A stretch of DNA of 64,000 nt from Neoechinorhynchus agilis (taxonomy: Eukaryota; Animalia; Acanthocephala), in assembly GCA_051530055.1 (NCBI GenBank), contig CM121341.1, forward strand, positions 8,906,784 to 8,970,783. Reading direction: 5' to 3'. Position 1 is the first letter of the stretch, and each line of letters starts with the position of its first letter. The translations under genes were made by a program, and so were the position numbers. A model generated the notes under the pieces. The model was not told where the DNA came from, searched no databases, and saw only the letters and a list, made by a program, of their open reading frames with translations. Below, piece by piece: positions 1 through 10,604 of this stretch.

Positions 1-34
1 TTAGCTGACATCAAATTTTGTACATTATTTCAAA

Positions 35-400
35 TTATACTAAATTTATAAAAATGCCGATCCAGCATTCCCTTTCTTGGAACCACTCATTTTCATATAA
101 AAATAGTTTTGTTATTGTGCCATTTTCCAAGGTTAAAAATTCTGCTTGGTCCGACGGCACCAATAGTTTTAATGGCGAGAGAGTTTTCAAAATGTAGAGT
201 GAAAGATCGAGGCATTTGTATTTCTCTTTTTCAACCACTTCACCGGCTCCTAAAACTGCAAGGACCAAGTTGTTCGTAGCCATTGCATTCACGCAGATGA
301 AGTCCCAAGGCGACAGTTTGCCACGGAACTGTTTTCAAGCGCCCTCCAGTCTTTTGCCGTCATCTCGGCATAAATAAACGGTCTCGAGAAGAGATTATAG
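35..400 (-). mobile_element. Degenerate CRE-clade non-LTR retrotransposon fragment (restriction-like endonuclease region)
   Basis: Frameshifted translation gives CRDDGKR..PW and WDFICVNAMATNN..EKEKYKCL, matching the RLE region of the intact copy at 8.8-10.4 kb (CRSDGKRPDG..PW..WDATCVDSLA..RKAEKYNEL). Confidence 0.65.
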
Positions 401-589
401 CATTACATTTTAGCCCGGTGTTTAGATCAATCGAGTCCGTAGGTTCTTGGACTGTTCCCTTTGGCACCACACTTGAATTTCACATGGATTGAGCAGAATG
501 AAAAATTTCGAAATCTAGCATATATAAATTCAACCGATAGATCGAATAAGAACGTTTAATTGTTAATTTAAAACGTCACAATTGGAAAT

Positions 590-1123
590 GTGTTGCTTAG
601 ATGATTCCTACTCGCCGGACAATAAAGATATTGATTTATTGCGATATTTCGCTGGGCAAATCCATCATTCTCAAGCATTAATTCAAAATTAAACTTCAAA
701 AATTAAAAACGTTTGGTTACGTGATCGCATTTTTGCGCCCTTGATTCGTAGTGGATGCCGTCGCTAGGGATCCCGGGAGAGCCATATCCGTGTTTCGAGA
801 CTGTTGTTTTGGTCCTCTGAAACCCCTGAGATTGTGCAATGGAGGTAGTTTCATACTAAAGTTCGACTTATTGCCCTCCATCGTATTTTTCGTCGAAGCA
901 ATCATCATTGTTTCCATTATAAGACGTCTTAGTAGGACAGGTTGGGAAGAGATAAAGTTGGCCTCATCAAAGCCTATCCTGTGCTGCATCTCTCCGTGTG
1001 ATTAGCGATTGCCGATGAATGGTCAAATCGTTTGCACGCATATTTGTGCTGAGCAATCCAGCGAAATATCACAATAAATCAATATCTTTATTGTCCGGAG
1101 AGTAGGAATCACCTCAGCAACAC
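590..1123. repeat. ~66-bp inverted repeat pair (590-655 / 1058-1123) flanking a Penelope fragment
   Basis: gattcctactcgccggacaataaagatattgatttattgcgatatttcgctgg is matched in reverse complement by ccagcgaaatatcacaataaatcaatatctttattgtccggagagtaggaatc. Confidence 0.8.
717..989 (-). mobile_element. Penelope-like element fragment, C-terminal end of GIY-YIG endonuclease
   Basis: HRIGFDEANFISSQPVLLRRLIMETMMIASTKNTMEGN resembles the PLE GIY-YIG tail (H.IDWD.A.IL...R.I.E.I.I); related text at ~18.9-19.0 kb. Confidence 0.55.
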
Positions 1124-1380
1124 TATAATACCTCCGAGGAACCTTTTACATCAGACAATTGGAAATGTCAATTTCTATATATAAATAGAAGATATTTCCT
1201 ACCGCTTATTGATCACAAAAGTGCTAAATTCACCGTCACTATTCTCAATGAGTTGAGCTTCTCTAAAGGTAATCCTCAAGCTCGATTTGCAGTAACATAA
1301 ATTGAAAACCCTTGGACATTCAGATCCTGCCAACTCGAAAACCTTTATTTGCACTAAGGCAATCTTAAAAAGGTTCAAAT

Positions 1381-1848
1381 TTACTTTCTTTTCTTAACAT
1401 TGGATACTCCAACAACGTTGCCACTGTCTCCTCCACTTCCAGTACTTAGTCTTGACTTCAGTTTGGGGAACATTATACATAAGTGGCGAAGGACGGCAGA
1501 TTTGGATGTGAGATTATTATCAAGTTGAACGATTACTCGTCCACGTCCACTTGAATCTCTACCTTGCTCGCGTGGATGCATTTTATCTTGTTCAAGATAA
1601 ACATTCAGACCAGCGTGCTGAAGAATGTCTCTAATTTCCAAACATGTAGGATTGTCTACTGCGATGCTATAAGGAACCCTCCGTCCTTCGGACTTTGTTC
1701 GTTTCTTGTTTATATAAACCGGATAAATCTTACACCACGCGTTCATTGTACGCTCTGAACATGCGATGTTAAGCTGATCTGGATCAAATGAGCCGACCGC
1801 TGTGTCGTAGTTGCGCTGTCGTCCTGATAACGCGGAAGGAAATGACAT
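1381..1848 (-). CDS. SRP19: Signal recognition particle 19 kDa protein
   Basis: IYPVYINKKRTKSEGRRVP..AVDNPTCLEIRDIL..KMHPRE..RGRVIVQL and basic C-terminus KKRK*. Start codon uncertain (1848 or 1746). Confidence 0.95.
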   Translation of the reverse strand: MSFPSALSGRQRNYDTAVGSFDPDQLNIACSERTMNAWCKIYPVYINKKRTKSEGRRVPYSIAVDNPTCLEIRDILQHAGLNVYLEQDKMHPREQGRDSSGRGRVIVQLDNNLTSKSAVLRHLCIMFPKLKSRLSTGSGGDSGNVVGVSNVKKRK

Positions 1849-1945
1849 CTCGAAGAAGACTGAAAAAGGATGTAAAGATTCACACAAATTGCAATGAAAT
1901 TGAAGGAAATTTCTAAAATCTAACAAGGCACTATCCGTCTGTTAA

Positions 1946-3050
1946 CACTCATTGAATCGTGGATCTTTACTGAAATAAAAGTAAAAGATTTGAGCGTATT
2001 GCTTGGCATTGGTACCTCTCCTCAGTGCATATTTTTGCTCCTTGGTTCTTTCCAAATTGTTTGTTTGGCCTACATAGGATTTAATGCATTCATTGCAGGA
2101 AATGCTCATCTCGTTTTTTAACCATGGAGCGAAAATCAAATTTTAACCCTTTCGAACAAATCCCAAAGATATTTTAGCCGTAAAAATACACCATTTTGAC
2201 TTGGCCCGTTCCACTCTATGATGAGGGAGGCTCATCAACTCGTTGAGTTCACATGAACCGAATGAACCGATTAAACGAGTCCGAAGTAATGATTGTCCGA
2301 GGTGCACTCATTAAACCGTGGATCTTTACTGAAATAAAAGTAAAAGATTTGAGCGTATTGCTTGGCATTGGTACCTCTCCTCAGTGCATATTTTTGCTCC
2401 TTGGTTCTTTCCAAATTGTTTGTTTGGCCTACATAGGATTTAATGCATTCATTGCAGGAAATGCTCATCTCGTTTTTTAACCATGGAGCGAAAATCAAAT
2501 GTTAACCCTTTCGAAAAATCCCAAAGATATTTTAGCCGTAAAAATACACCATTTTGACTTGGCCCGTTCCACTCTATGATGAGGGAGGCTCATCAACTCG
2601 TTGAGTTCACATGAACCGAATGAACCGATTAAACGAGTCCGAAGTAATGATTGTCCGAGGTGCACTCATTAAACCGTGGATCTTTACTGAAATAAAAGTA
2701 AAAGATTTGAGCGTATTGCTTGGCATTGGTACCTCTCCTCAGTGCATATTTTTGCTCCTTGGTTCTTTCCAAATTGTTTGTTTGGCCTACATAGGATTTA
2801 ATGCATTCATTGCAGGGAATGCTCATCTCGTTTTTTAACCATGGAGCGAAAATCAAATTTTAACCCTTTCGAACAAATCCCAAAGATATTTTAGCCGTAA
2901 AAATACACCATTTTGACTTGGCCCGTTCCACTCTATGATGAGGGAGGCTCATCAACTCGTTGAATTCACATGAACCGAACGAACCGATAAAACGAGTCTG
3001 AAGTAATGATTCCCCGAGGTGCACTCATAAATGCAATCATTGCAGGGAAT
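1946..3050 (-). repeat. ~358-bp tandem array (~3 units) derived from a Penelope GIY-YIG segment
   Basis: ORF track repeats at 2253/2611 and 2271/2629 (period 358). Minus strand encodes SIPCNECIKSYVGQTNNLERTKEQKYALRRG (PLE IPC..C...Y.GQT motif). Near-identical sequence at ~19.04-19.48 kb. Confidence 0.85.
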
Positions 3051-3790
3051 TTCTTACACTTTGCTTCCACGTCCATCATAGAGCTTAGTGGTTTGGCCAT
3101 CTTCGAGGCCCTACGTTCCGGCTACTGACAAAATTGTTCCCTTCTATAGAACGGCCGGCAACAAGGTAACAACTTCACGCCAAAAACCGGATTCTTGCGC
3201 GCTTGATCGCTGTGGAACAGTAGCGCCTTTAAATAAAATCTTTTGATATCTCTCTATTTCTTAACAGTTTCTTGCCTTATTCTCGTACCGAATGCGTTTG
3301 GGACGTCACAAGCACGAACATCGAAACGATATCGGCATTAGCCGCAGCAGACAACTTTGCCATGTGATTGAAGACCTTCAAGGCTGCTTTATTGTCTGAA
3401 GTAGGGGCAGCAAAATACTATAGATATGAGTACAAGCAAAAGATTGCTGAAAAGACTTAGAGCTTTTCGTCCGAAGAGTTTCATTGCGACGCTATATAAG
3501 ACAATCTGTGGTATTTCAATAAGAGCTGTGATAAAGAAATGGAGGTAGACGTTGGACGAAAATGCGGATGCTGATAGAGTTAATCCGAAATGACAAAAAG
3601 GAGCCAATGATATTATGAGAAATCCACAAAACAACGAGTATGGAAACACAATTGACGAAATAAAAGCTCTTGAGTTTTTCTTTATCCGATTTGGCAGCGG
3701 GGCACGAGTTTGGGTCTCTGAACCACTGACGATTAGTCCGATATCGTCGTCAGGTGGAAAAAACATTTGATCTTGTGGTTTCGTTGAATT
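3040..3790 (-). pseudogene. SLC22/MFS organic-cation-transporter-like C-terminal fragment with frame breaks
   Basis: FGLTLSASAFSSNVYLHFFITALIEIP..KLFGRK resembles SLC22 TM7-8. Downstream pieces (MAKLSAAANADIV; PERRASKMAKPLSSMMDVE) are in other frames. Could be a spliced gene I cannot model. Confidence 0.5.
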
Positions 3791-4126
3791 CATTTTGTAG
3801 GTTTCCGTTACCGAGAATGACGCACAGCCAAAGGGAACGAAATACCGCCGAAGGGAGGAAACCCACTGATGAGTCCCACCTCCTGGAGGTATCTGAGGAT
3901 CCGGAGGAATGTACAAACTCGTACCGGATGGTTCAGTGCATTGAGTAATTGAATTTCTGCTCCGAACCAGATCGGTGGGCTGTGTGCCCTAAAATTAACA
4001 GCCGTGTTATAAAAAGGCCACACATTGATATAAGTTACCGGCAGGCCAATCTTCATAAAAAAACTAATTCAAAGGCTTTGAATTAATAAATATAAAATTG
4101 GCTGAGTTTGTACATTCCGTAGTTGT

Positions 4127-4198
4127 GTCGAGGTGGTCAAGTGGACTAATACCCGTGATCCCGACTAAGGGTCAAGTTGTTCGAATCCGTTACCGCCA
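4127..4198 (+). promoter_or_regulatory. tRNA-derived RNA polymerase III internal promoter (also 4509-4580 and 4891-4962)
   Basis: A-box-like TGGTCAAGTGG (4134-4144) and B-box GTTCGAATCC (4179-4188) at tRNA spacing. The acceptor stem does not pair, so it is not a functional tRNA. Confidence 0.75.
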
Positions 4199-4215
4199 AT
4201 GACGCACCGCCAAAA

Positions 4216-4279
4216 GGGACGAAATACCGCTGAAGGGAGGAAACTCACTGATGAGTCCCACCTCCTGGAGGTATCTGAG
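4216..4279 (+). ncRNA. Hammerhead ribozyme candidate with permuted strand order (also 4598-4661, 4980-5043; degenerate 3833-3897)
   Basis: GGGAC-GAAA-TACC (4216-4228), CTCA-CTGATGA-GTCCC (4244-4259), GGTA-TC-TGAG (4270-4279): full core plus complementary stems I, II and III. Predicted cleavage after C4275. Confidence 0.8.
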
Positions 4280-5329
4280 GATCCGGAGGAATGTACAAAC
4301 TCGTACCGGATGGTTCAGTGCATTGAGTAATTGAATTTCTGCTCCGAACCAGATCGGTGGGCTGTGTGCCCTAAAATTAACAGCCGTGTTATAAAAAGGC
4401 CACACATTGATATAAGTTACCGGCTGGCCAATCTTCATAAAAAACCTAATTCAATGGCTTTGAATTAATAAATATAAAATTGGCTGAGTTTGTACATTCC
4501 GTAGTTGTGTCGAGGTGGTCAAGTGGACTAATACCCGTGATCCCGACTAAGGGTCAAGTTGTTCGAATCCGTTACCGCCAATGACGCACCGCCAAAGGGG
4601 ACGAAATACCGCTGAAGGGAGGAAACTCACTGATGAGTCCCACCTCCTGGAGGTATCTGAGGATCCGGAGGAATGTACAAACTCGTACCGGATGGTTCAG
4701 TGCATTGAGTAATTGAATTTCTTCTCCGAACCAGATCGGTGGGCTGTGTGCCCTAAAATTAACAGCCGTGTTATAAAAAGGCCACACATTGATATAAGTT
4801 ACCGGCTGGCCAATCTTCATAAAAAACCTAATTCAATGGCTTTGAATTAATAAATATAAAATTGGCTGAGTTTGTACATTCCGTAGTTGTGTCGAGGTGG
4901 TCAAGTGGACTAATACCCGTGATCCCGACTAAGGGTCAAGTTGTTCGAATCCGTTACCGCCAATGACGCACCGCCAAAAGGGACGAAATACCGCTGAAGG
5001 GAGGAAACTCACTGATGAGTCCCACCTCCTGGAGGTATCTGAGGATCCTGAGGAACGTACAAACTCGTACCGGATGGTTCAGTGCATTGAATAATTGAAT
5101 TTCTGCTCCGAACCAGATCGGTGGGCTGTGTGCCCTAAAATTAACAGCCGTGTTATAAAAAGGCCACACATTGATATAAGTTACCGGCTGGCCAATCTTC
5201 ATAAGAAAAAATATTTTATTATTGTTAACTACAATGGTCAAATGTGTGTTGTCCTTCGTTCTGTTCGTCGACACAAACTTCTTACGGTTGCACTTCAGGC
5301 AGCACTAATCAATTGCGTTTTGAACACGT

Positions 5330-5730
5330 TTTGGTATTTTCATATGATGGCCGGAACGATTCGTCTCTTGCCTGTTGGGAAGTAAGGAGGACAACGCCGG
5401 GGCAGTGATTTCAGGTGCCGAGAGATGGTCAAGAGCTTCTTGTCGGAGGTGCCTTGTCCCGTCTCGGCATCGTGAAGATTCCTACTGAAGAAGGAGAGGG
5501 CTGCCAGGTGCCGTCTTTGGTCCGTTGTTTGTTGGCTGCGCCGACTTCCAGTTCCGGGGCATCAGTGACGATGACGAGCGCTGCTTCCTTTTTGGGTTGA
5601 GCAAGGAAGGCCGAGTGTCACAATATGGTGCTGGGCCTGATGTCGAGCAACGGAGTTGAGCCTTTTTCGTGAGGACGGCCTCGTAAGTGTTGCTGGGCCT
5701 GGTCAGGACGTAAAATGTGGAGGTGCGAAC
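5330..5730 (-). mobile_element. Ty3/Gypsy pol relic (RNase H region), frameshifted
   Basis: FLAQPKKEAALVIVTDA..VGAA..QRTKDGTWQP / SFFSRNLHDAET..TSDKKLLTI matches the LAHP...DAS..VGA.LQQ..WQPL.FFSR.L..AE..YST.D.ELLAI pattern. Confidence 0.75.
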
Positions 5731-6153
5731 GAAAAACTCGACATGAGGCATTGTGGCCACACTAAAAAGCTTAAACTAAACCAAAATTACTTTGTTGGAA
5801 ACCGATTCGCTCTTAATCTGACACTTGAAATGTTTTTGCACGAATGGTTTCATTATACTATCAAGTGAAAGATTGCCTTTCTTCGAAATCCATACTGACT
5901 TTATTTAGCGATCGAACATTTTTACTATAAACTTTAAAGATCAAGTCAATGTGTTTTCTTTATACCATCAAATATTTAAACCAAATTGACAATAAGCAAT
6001 CTGTTAATATTTATCCCGGAACAAAATGAAAATACTCATTCAAACGAATATTTTTATCGTCCACATTCTTCATAGCATCCAAAGACACAATCGCACACTG
6101 ATTTCTACTTACGATTCATTTTGCAGCATCGCATCCATACTAAATAGATTGCC

Positions 6154-7626
6154 ATGGTTACACTTTCCTATCGGCAAAAAAGAAGAATTAATTTCACTTC
6201 AATGCATTTAAGATCTATAAATTGTTTTGTTGATGTTCGCATTCATGACAGTCACGAAAACTCCCGATCGCTTACACCGTGCACCAGAGAAGCTGGGATA
6301 AAACAATCAATTGCCGAATCACACTTGAAAGGCCAACAATATACAGTCGAGAGCAGTAAGTTCGTTGATGAAATCTTCTACGATACTCTCCAGCCATGGC
6401 AATATAACCTTTGTCCAGAGAAACCAGTTGTAAGCTTTTATTATTTAAATCACGACTTACCCACAAGCCACATTGGCGATACGGATCATTGTGGAAAATT
6501 TAATTTAGTCAATATTTGGAAACTACCACACGCTGATTTCGAAGGACAATGGGAAAGTCTGCACCATTCTGATTCGGTGAAGAGCAAATTGATGAACATG
6601 GCTCTTCTTAGCATTGAATTTCAATTGGCGGGATTTGACCTTGATGCGGTTCAGGTAGGAAAAATCGTGCACTTGTACGGTCCACCGGGAACTGGAAAAA
6701 CTTCTCTAATTCAAGCCCTTGCCCAGAAATTAAGTATTCGGGCTTCCAGGGACAAAATGGATTTTTATCTCATCAGAATCAACCAAGAAATGCTTTCTTC
6801 TTCTTACATTGGCGAAACTTCCGAGAAAATACGGATGGTATTTAATGGAATCAGAACCATTTGTTCTAGAAAGCAGAGGGTCAATACCGGCATTTTGACA
6901 AGAAGTCGAAGAAAAAAGGCGAAACTGAATTTTGACGAAGACCCAGAAAGATCCAAATTTTTAATCATTGTCATGGAAGAGGTAGACGGGCTTTTGTACA
7001 ACAGGAGAGTAACAGAAGTACATCGGGTGGATTGTGTTGCTTTAATGACCTATATCCCCGGTGCTAAATGCAAAAGTGTGCCAGCTGCAGCCAATCAGAA
7101 TAATTGTCGTTAACGAAAGCTTTCGATTGGCTGCAATCTTTTCATTTCAATGGCACAATCTACCCGCATAAATTCTGAGTCAGCTTCAGACAACAACCGC
7201 AACGTAAGTACAATGCTCTACTATCTCCAAGAAATTAAAAGAACTCCTAATGTTATTCTGTTGAGTACATCTAACTTCGAATTGAACGCTTTAGATAGTT
7301 CCTTTATTGATCGCGTCGACATGATAGTCAAAACTGAGAAACCGGACGCTACGCTTCGTAGAAAGGTGCTACTGGATGGCATTGGAAACCTCTTTAGGGA
7401 TAATTACGCATTTCCCTCAATGAGCTCAGAAATCGAAACTTGTGTCAGCATTAGCTCTAATCTCAGCACAAGGAAACTTAAATCTGCATTAGCTATGGCT
7501 TTTTTTGACAGTGAGGAGCGAACCTATTCGAACGAATGGTCCATTAAGTTTGGAGAGAGGTTATTAAGAGCCACGAGATATTTGGCGAGTCCAGATTTTA
7601 CAGATTCAATGGACTACGAACCTTAA
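6154..7626 (+). CDS. PCH2: PCH2/TRIP13-like AAA+ ATPase, one reading frame interrupted by TAA at 7111-7113
   Basis: WKLPHADFEGQWESL, Walker A GPPGTGKTSLIQALAQKLSIR, Walker B-like MEEVDGL, then IKRTPNVILLSTSN..DSSFIDRVD. The two ORFs (6154 and 7150) are in the same frame. Start may be the internal Met of MHLRSIN. Confidence 0.85.
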
Positions 7627-7925
7627 AATAGGTACGATTGAAACTCGTGAAAAAGTGATGACATTTTGTGTGCTTCATTTCGTATGATAAAAATAAATGG
7701 TAAAATGGTAGACAACATCGGTTTGATTATCGTGCTTAAGGCAATAATAACACTTTTATTTATTCATGCCCAAAAAAGAGGACCCATGTACCTTTGGGTC
7801 CTCATAAGCATTCGAGTTCAGAGCTGTTCATAGAATGCAGTTGTTGATTATTTAGTATATTATTGTTTTGGTCGGGTGGGAACATCCGGTCGGGGGATAT
7901 CCGCTCTGGTGAGGATTGAAGGATA

Positions 7926-8267
7926 TTGTTTGCAGGAGAGCTTGTGACGTTGGGTCTTTCCTTAGGTTCATTTAGAGTCTGTGGGAATTGGTGGTTATTG
8001 TTTACAAGAGAGCTTGTGACGTTGGGTCTTTCCTTAGGTTCATTTAGAGTCTGTGGGAATTGGTGGTTATTGTTTACAAGAGAGCTTGTGACGTTGGGTC
8101 TTTCCTTAGGTTCATTTAGAGTCTGTGGGAATTGGTGGTTATTGTTTACAAGAGAGCTTGTGACGTTGGGTCTTTCCTTAGGTTCATTTAGAGTCTGTGG
8201 GAATTGGTGGTTATTGTTTACAAGAGAGCTTGTGACGTTGGGTCTTTCCTTAGGTTCATTTAGAGTC
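7926..8267. repeat. 72-bp tandem minisatellite (~4.7 copies) inside a LINE relic
   Basis: Units start at 7926, 7998, 8070, 8142 and 8214; the ORF track shows a 24-aa repeat. Confidence 0.95.
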
Positions 8268-8269
8268 TC

Positions 8270-8770
8270 GATATGCGGGAATATTGGGCAGTATGGAAAA
8301 AGGAGCGGATGTCGAGGGAGGTGCGAGGTAGAGGGAGAATGAAACGAATTGGGATTACGAGTGTTGTGCTCATGCGAAATGGGGAATAAAATGCGGTAAA
8401 AATTGTGGTGGTAGAGTTGAGACTCATTTGGATTGTTTTATGAGGCATTCAGCGAGCGGGGAAAATCAGTGGTTCAAATTTTAGAGGTTCTTCTTGAAAC
8501 GTTTCAGGGTGAAGGAGTTGAGATTTGGAAAGGTTGCAAAAGACGGGATAATCGTAGGTGAGGGAGGAGGGTAAAATAAAGCTGAAGTAAAATTTAATAG
8601 AGGTCTTGTGAAGCGATTTCTAAATGTCGGAGGCTTCTGAGGAGAAAATTTTGAAAGGTGTTGAGCTTGAGGGAGAGAGTGATGTGCGAGTTCCATTTCA
8701 GGTTTGATTGAAATTGGAGAATTTCACCGGAGGATTTTGCTTTAACTCTAAAATAAATTAGGGCAACTCT
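8270..8770 (-). mobile_element. CR1/L2-group LINE relic (RT C-terminal region)
   Basis: SNLKWNSHIT and FTRPLLNFTSALFYPP resemble S.L.W..HI and RP.LEY...W.P. A related copy lies at 23.9-24.4 kb. Confidence 0.6.
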
Positions 8771-8804
8771 CGACCCTTCAATTTCGCGCGCGTTTATTTT
8801 TCAA

Positions 8805-10470
8805 ATGTCAATCACCTCTACATTTCAACGAGCACACCATTTGGTCCGAAACAGGCCTGCAACAAGGCGATCCTCTCGGCCCCATAGGATTTTCCTTAAC
8901 AACCAATGGAATATCTCGTAAGCTCAAGGCAAGTTTGAACGTCTGGTACTTGGATGACGCGACATTGGGCGGTGACCCAAAGACGGTTCTAGAAGACCTG
9001 CAATCCCTGCTTGTTTCTGCTGCGGAATTGGGCCTACGTGTCAACCCCGCGAAGTGTGAACTATTGCCACTAAATATTTCACATTCTCACATGGCGGATA
9101 TAATGCAGTCCTTCGAATCCGTTGCCCCAGGAATCCGATTAATCAACCGGCAAAGCTTCACTCTTCTCGGCAGTTGCGTCCTGGATGCGAACATAGATCG
9201 CGAGATTGAAGAAGAGCTCCCTAAACTGGATCTTTTGTGCTCCCGCGTTCAAGAATTGAATGCACACGAAGCTCTCTTCTTGGTGAGAAACTGCCTATAC
9301 ATACCGAAGCTTATGTTCAAGATGAGAGCAGCCCCGTACTTCCGACACACCAAACGTCTCCTTGACTTAGATGGTTTGATGAAAAAGCATCTTGAGAAGG
9401 TAACGAACTGCGCCATCACTGATGAAGCTTGGCAACAAGCTGCCCTTCCGATCAAATACGGAGGTTTAGGCTTACGAAGTGTGGCTGGTTTGGCCCTTCC
9501 GGCATTCGTATCCTCGATGCACAAGACGGAGGAATTACAGGGGGAAATTCTTTTAAACAGAATGCCGAAGCCATGCAAACTATTGAAACAGGGAGTCACA
9601 TCATGGCTCTCGCAGACCGGTCTGCAACAAGCTCCAACCAACGCGCACGAACAATCTGCTTGGGATAAACCCTTAATCCTGACGGCTCACAACAAACTAA
9701 AAGGCCAGATGGACGAGATGTCTCAAGCTAGACTTGTGGCCAGTTCCTCGAAGGAGTCAGGCGCATGGTTGAACGTTTTGCCAATTGGTACTTTGGGAAC
9801 TTTGCTGGACGACGAGACAGTTCGAATAGCCGTCGCTCTACGTTTAGGACTTCCAACCTGTGCCCCACACCAGTGCCGATGTGGAATAAAAGTTGACGTG
9901 CTCGGGAGACATGGACTCTACTGCAAGAGATCGAGCGGTCGTTTCCCAAGGCACGCAGAGCTCAACGCGATCATTAGCAGAGCTCTGAACTCGATCCACG
10001 TTCCAACCATCCTGGAGCCCAATCACCTCTGTCGCTCGGATGGTAAGCGTCCCGACGGTATAACCGTTTTCCCTTGGAAAGAAGGGAAGAGTCTAATTTG
10101 GGACGCAACATGCGTGGACTCACTCGCCATGTCCAACCGGCAAGATGCTTTAGCGGAGACGGGAGGAGCAGCGAGTGCCGCCGAAAGGAGGAAAGCGGAG
10201 AAATACAATGAGCTGAAACAAAATTACATTTTCCTTCCTTTCGGCGTGGAGACACAAGGGGCGCTGGGATCTTCGGCACGAAGCTTTTGTGCCGAACTCG
10301 GAAGACGACTTGCAGCACAAACAGGGGAGCGACGCGAGAGGATTTTCCTGATACAAAGAATAAGCCTCGCAATCCAACGAGGAAATGCGGTCAGCGTCCG
10401 GGGGACGATTTAATCTAAAATTGTCCTTTAAAAAAAGAAACAATAAAAAGATTATTTATTAAAAAAAAAC
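8805..10470 (+). mobile_element. CRE-clade non-LTR retrotransposon copy A, 5'-truncated, open RT-to-RLE frame
   Basis: Open frame from about 8806 to 10413: IWSETGLQQGDPLGP, VWYLDDATLGG, GGLGLR, CRCG..HGLYCK..RH.ELN, RPDG, WDATC, FLPFGVET.G.LG, QRISLAIQRGNA; A-rich tail at 10461-10469. Confidence 0.9.
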
Positions 10471-10604
10471 TTAACAACAATAACACGTTTTATTTTGTTA
10501 AGAAGAGGAACCACGCACCTCTGAGTCCTCGTGAACATCTGAACCAGTGAACACTTGAGTACTGACAGAATAAATGAATGTGGAAGAAGATAAAGGACGG
10601 ATTC

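Larger units (their letters stand above)
3804..5204 (+). repeat. 382-bp tandem array (~3.7 units), retrozyme/SINE-like, with tRNA-derived head and hammerhead motif
   Basis: Exact period 382 (GAAA of the hammerhead at 3839, 4221, 4603, 4985). Units 2-4 are nearly identical; unit 1 lacks the tRNA head and has substitutions. Confidence 0.95.

Noticed and set aside
2370-2395. CTGAGGA on the minus strand of the 358-bp unit as a hammerhead core
   Set aside because: No stem II closing onto GAAA follows; it is coding sequence (ALRRG) of the GIY-YIG fragment.
4127-4198. Functional tRNA genes in the 382-bp array
   Set aside because: Only the A and B boxes are kept; acceptor and T stems do not pair.
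7926-8267. CRISPR-like array or repeat-protein ORF
   Set aside because: Units are identical with no unique spacers, there are no cas genes, the context is eukaryotic, and the unit derives from a LINE relic.
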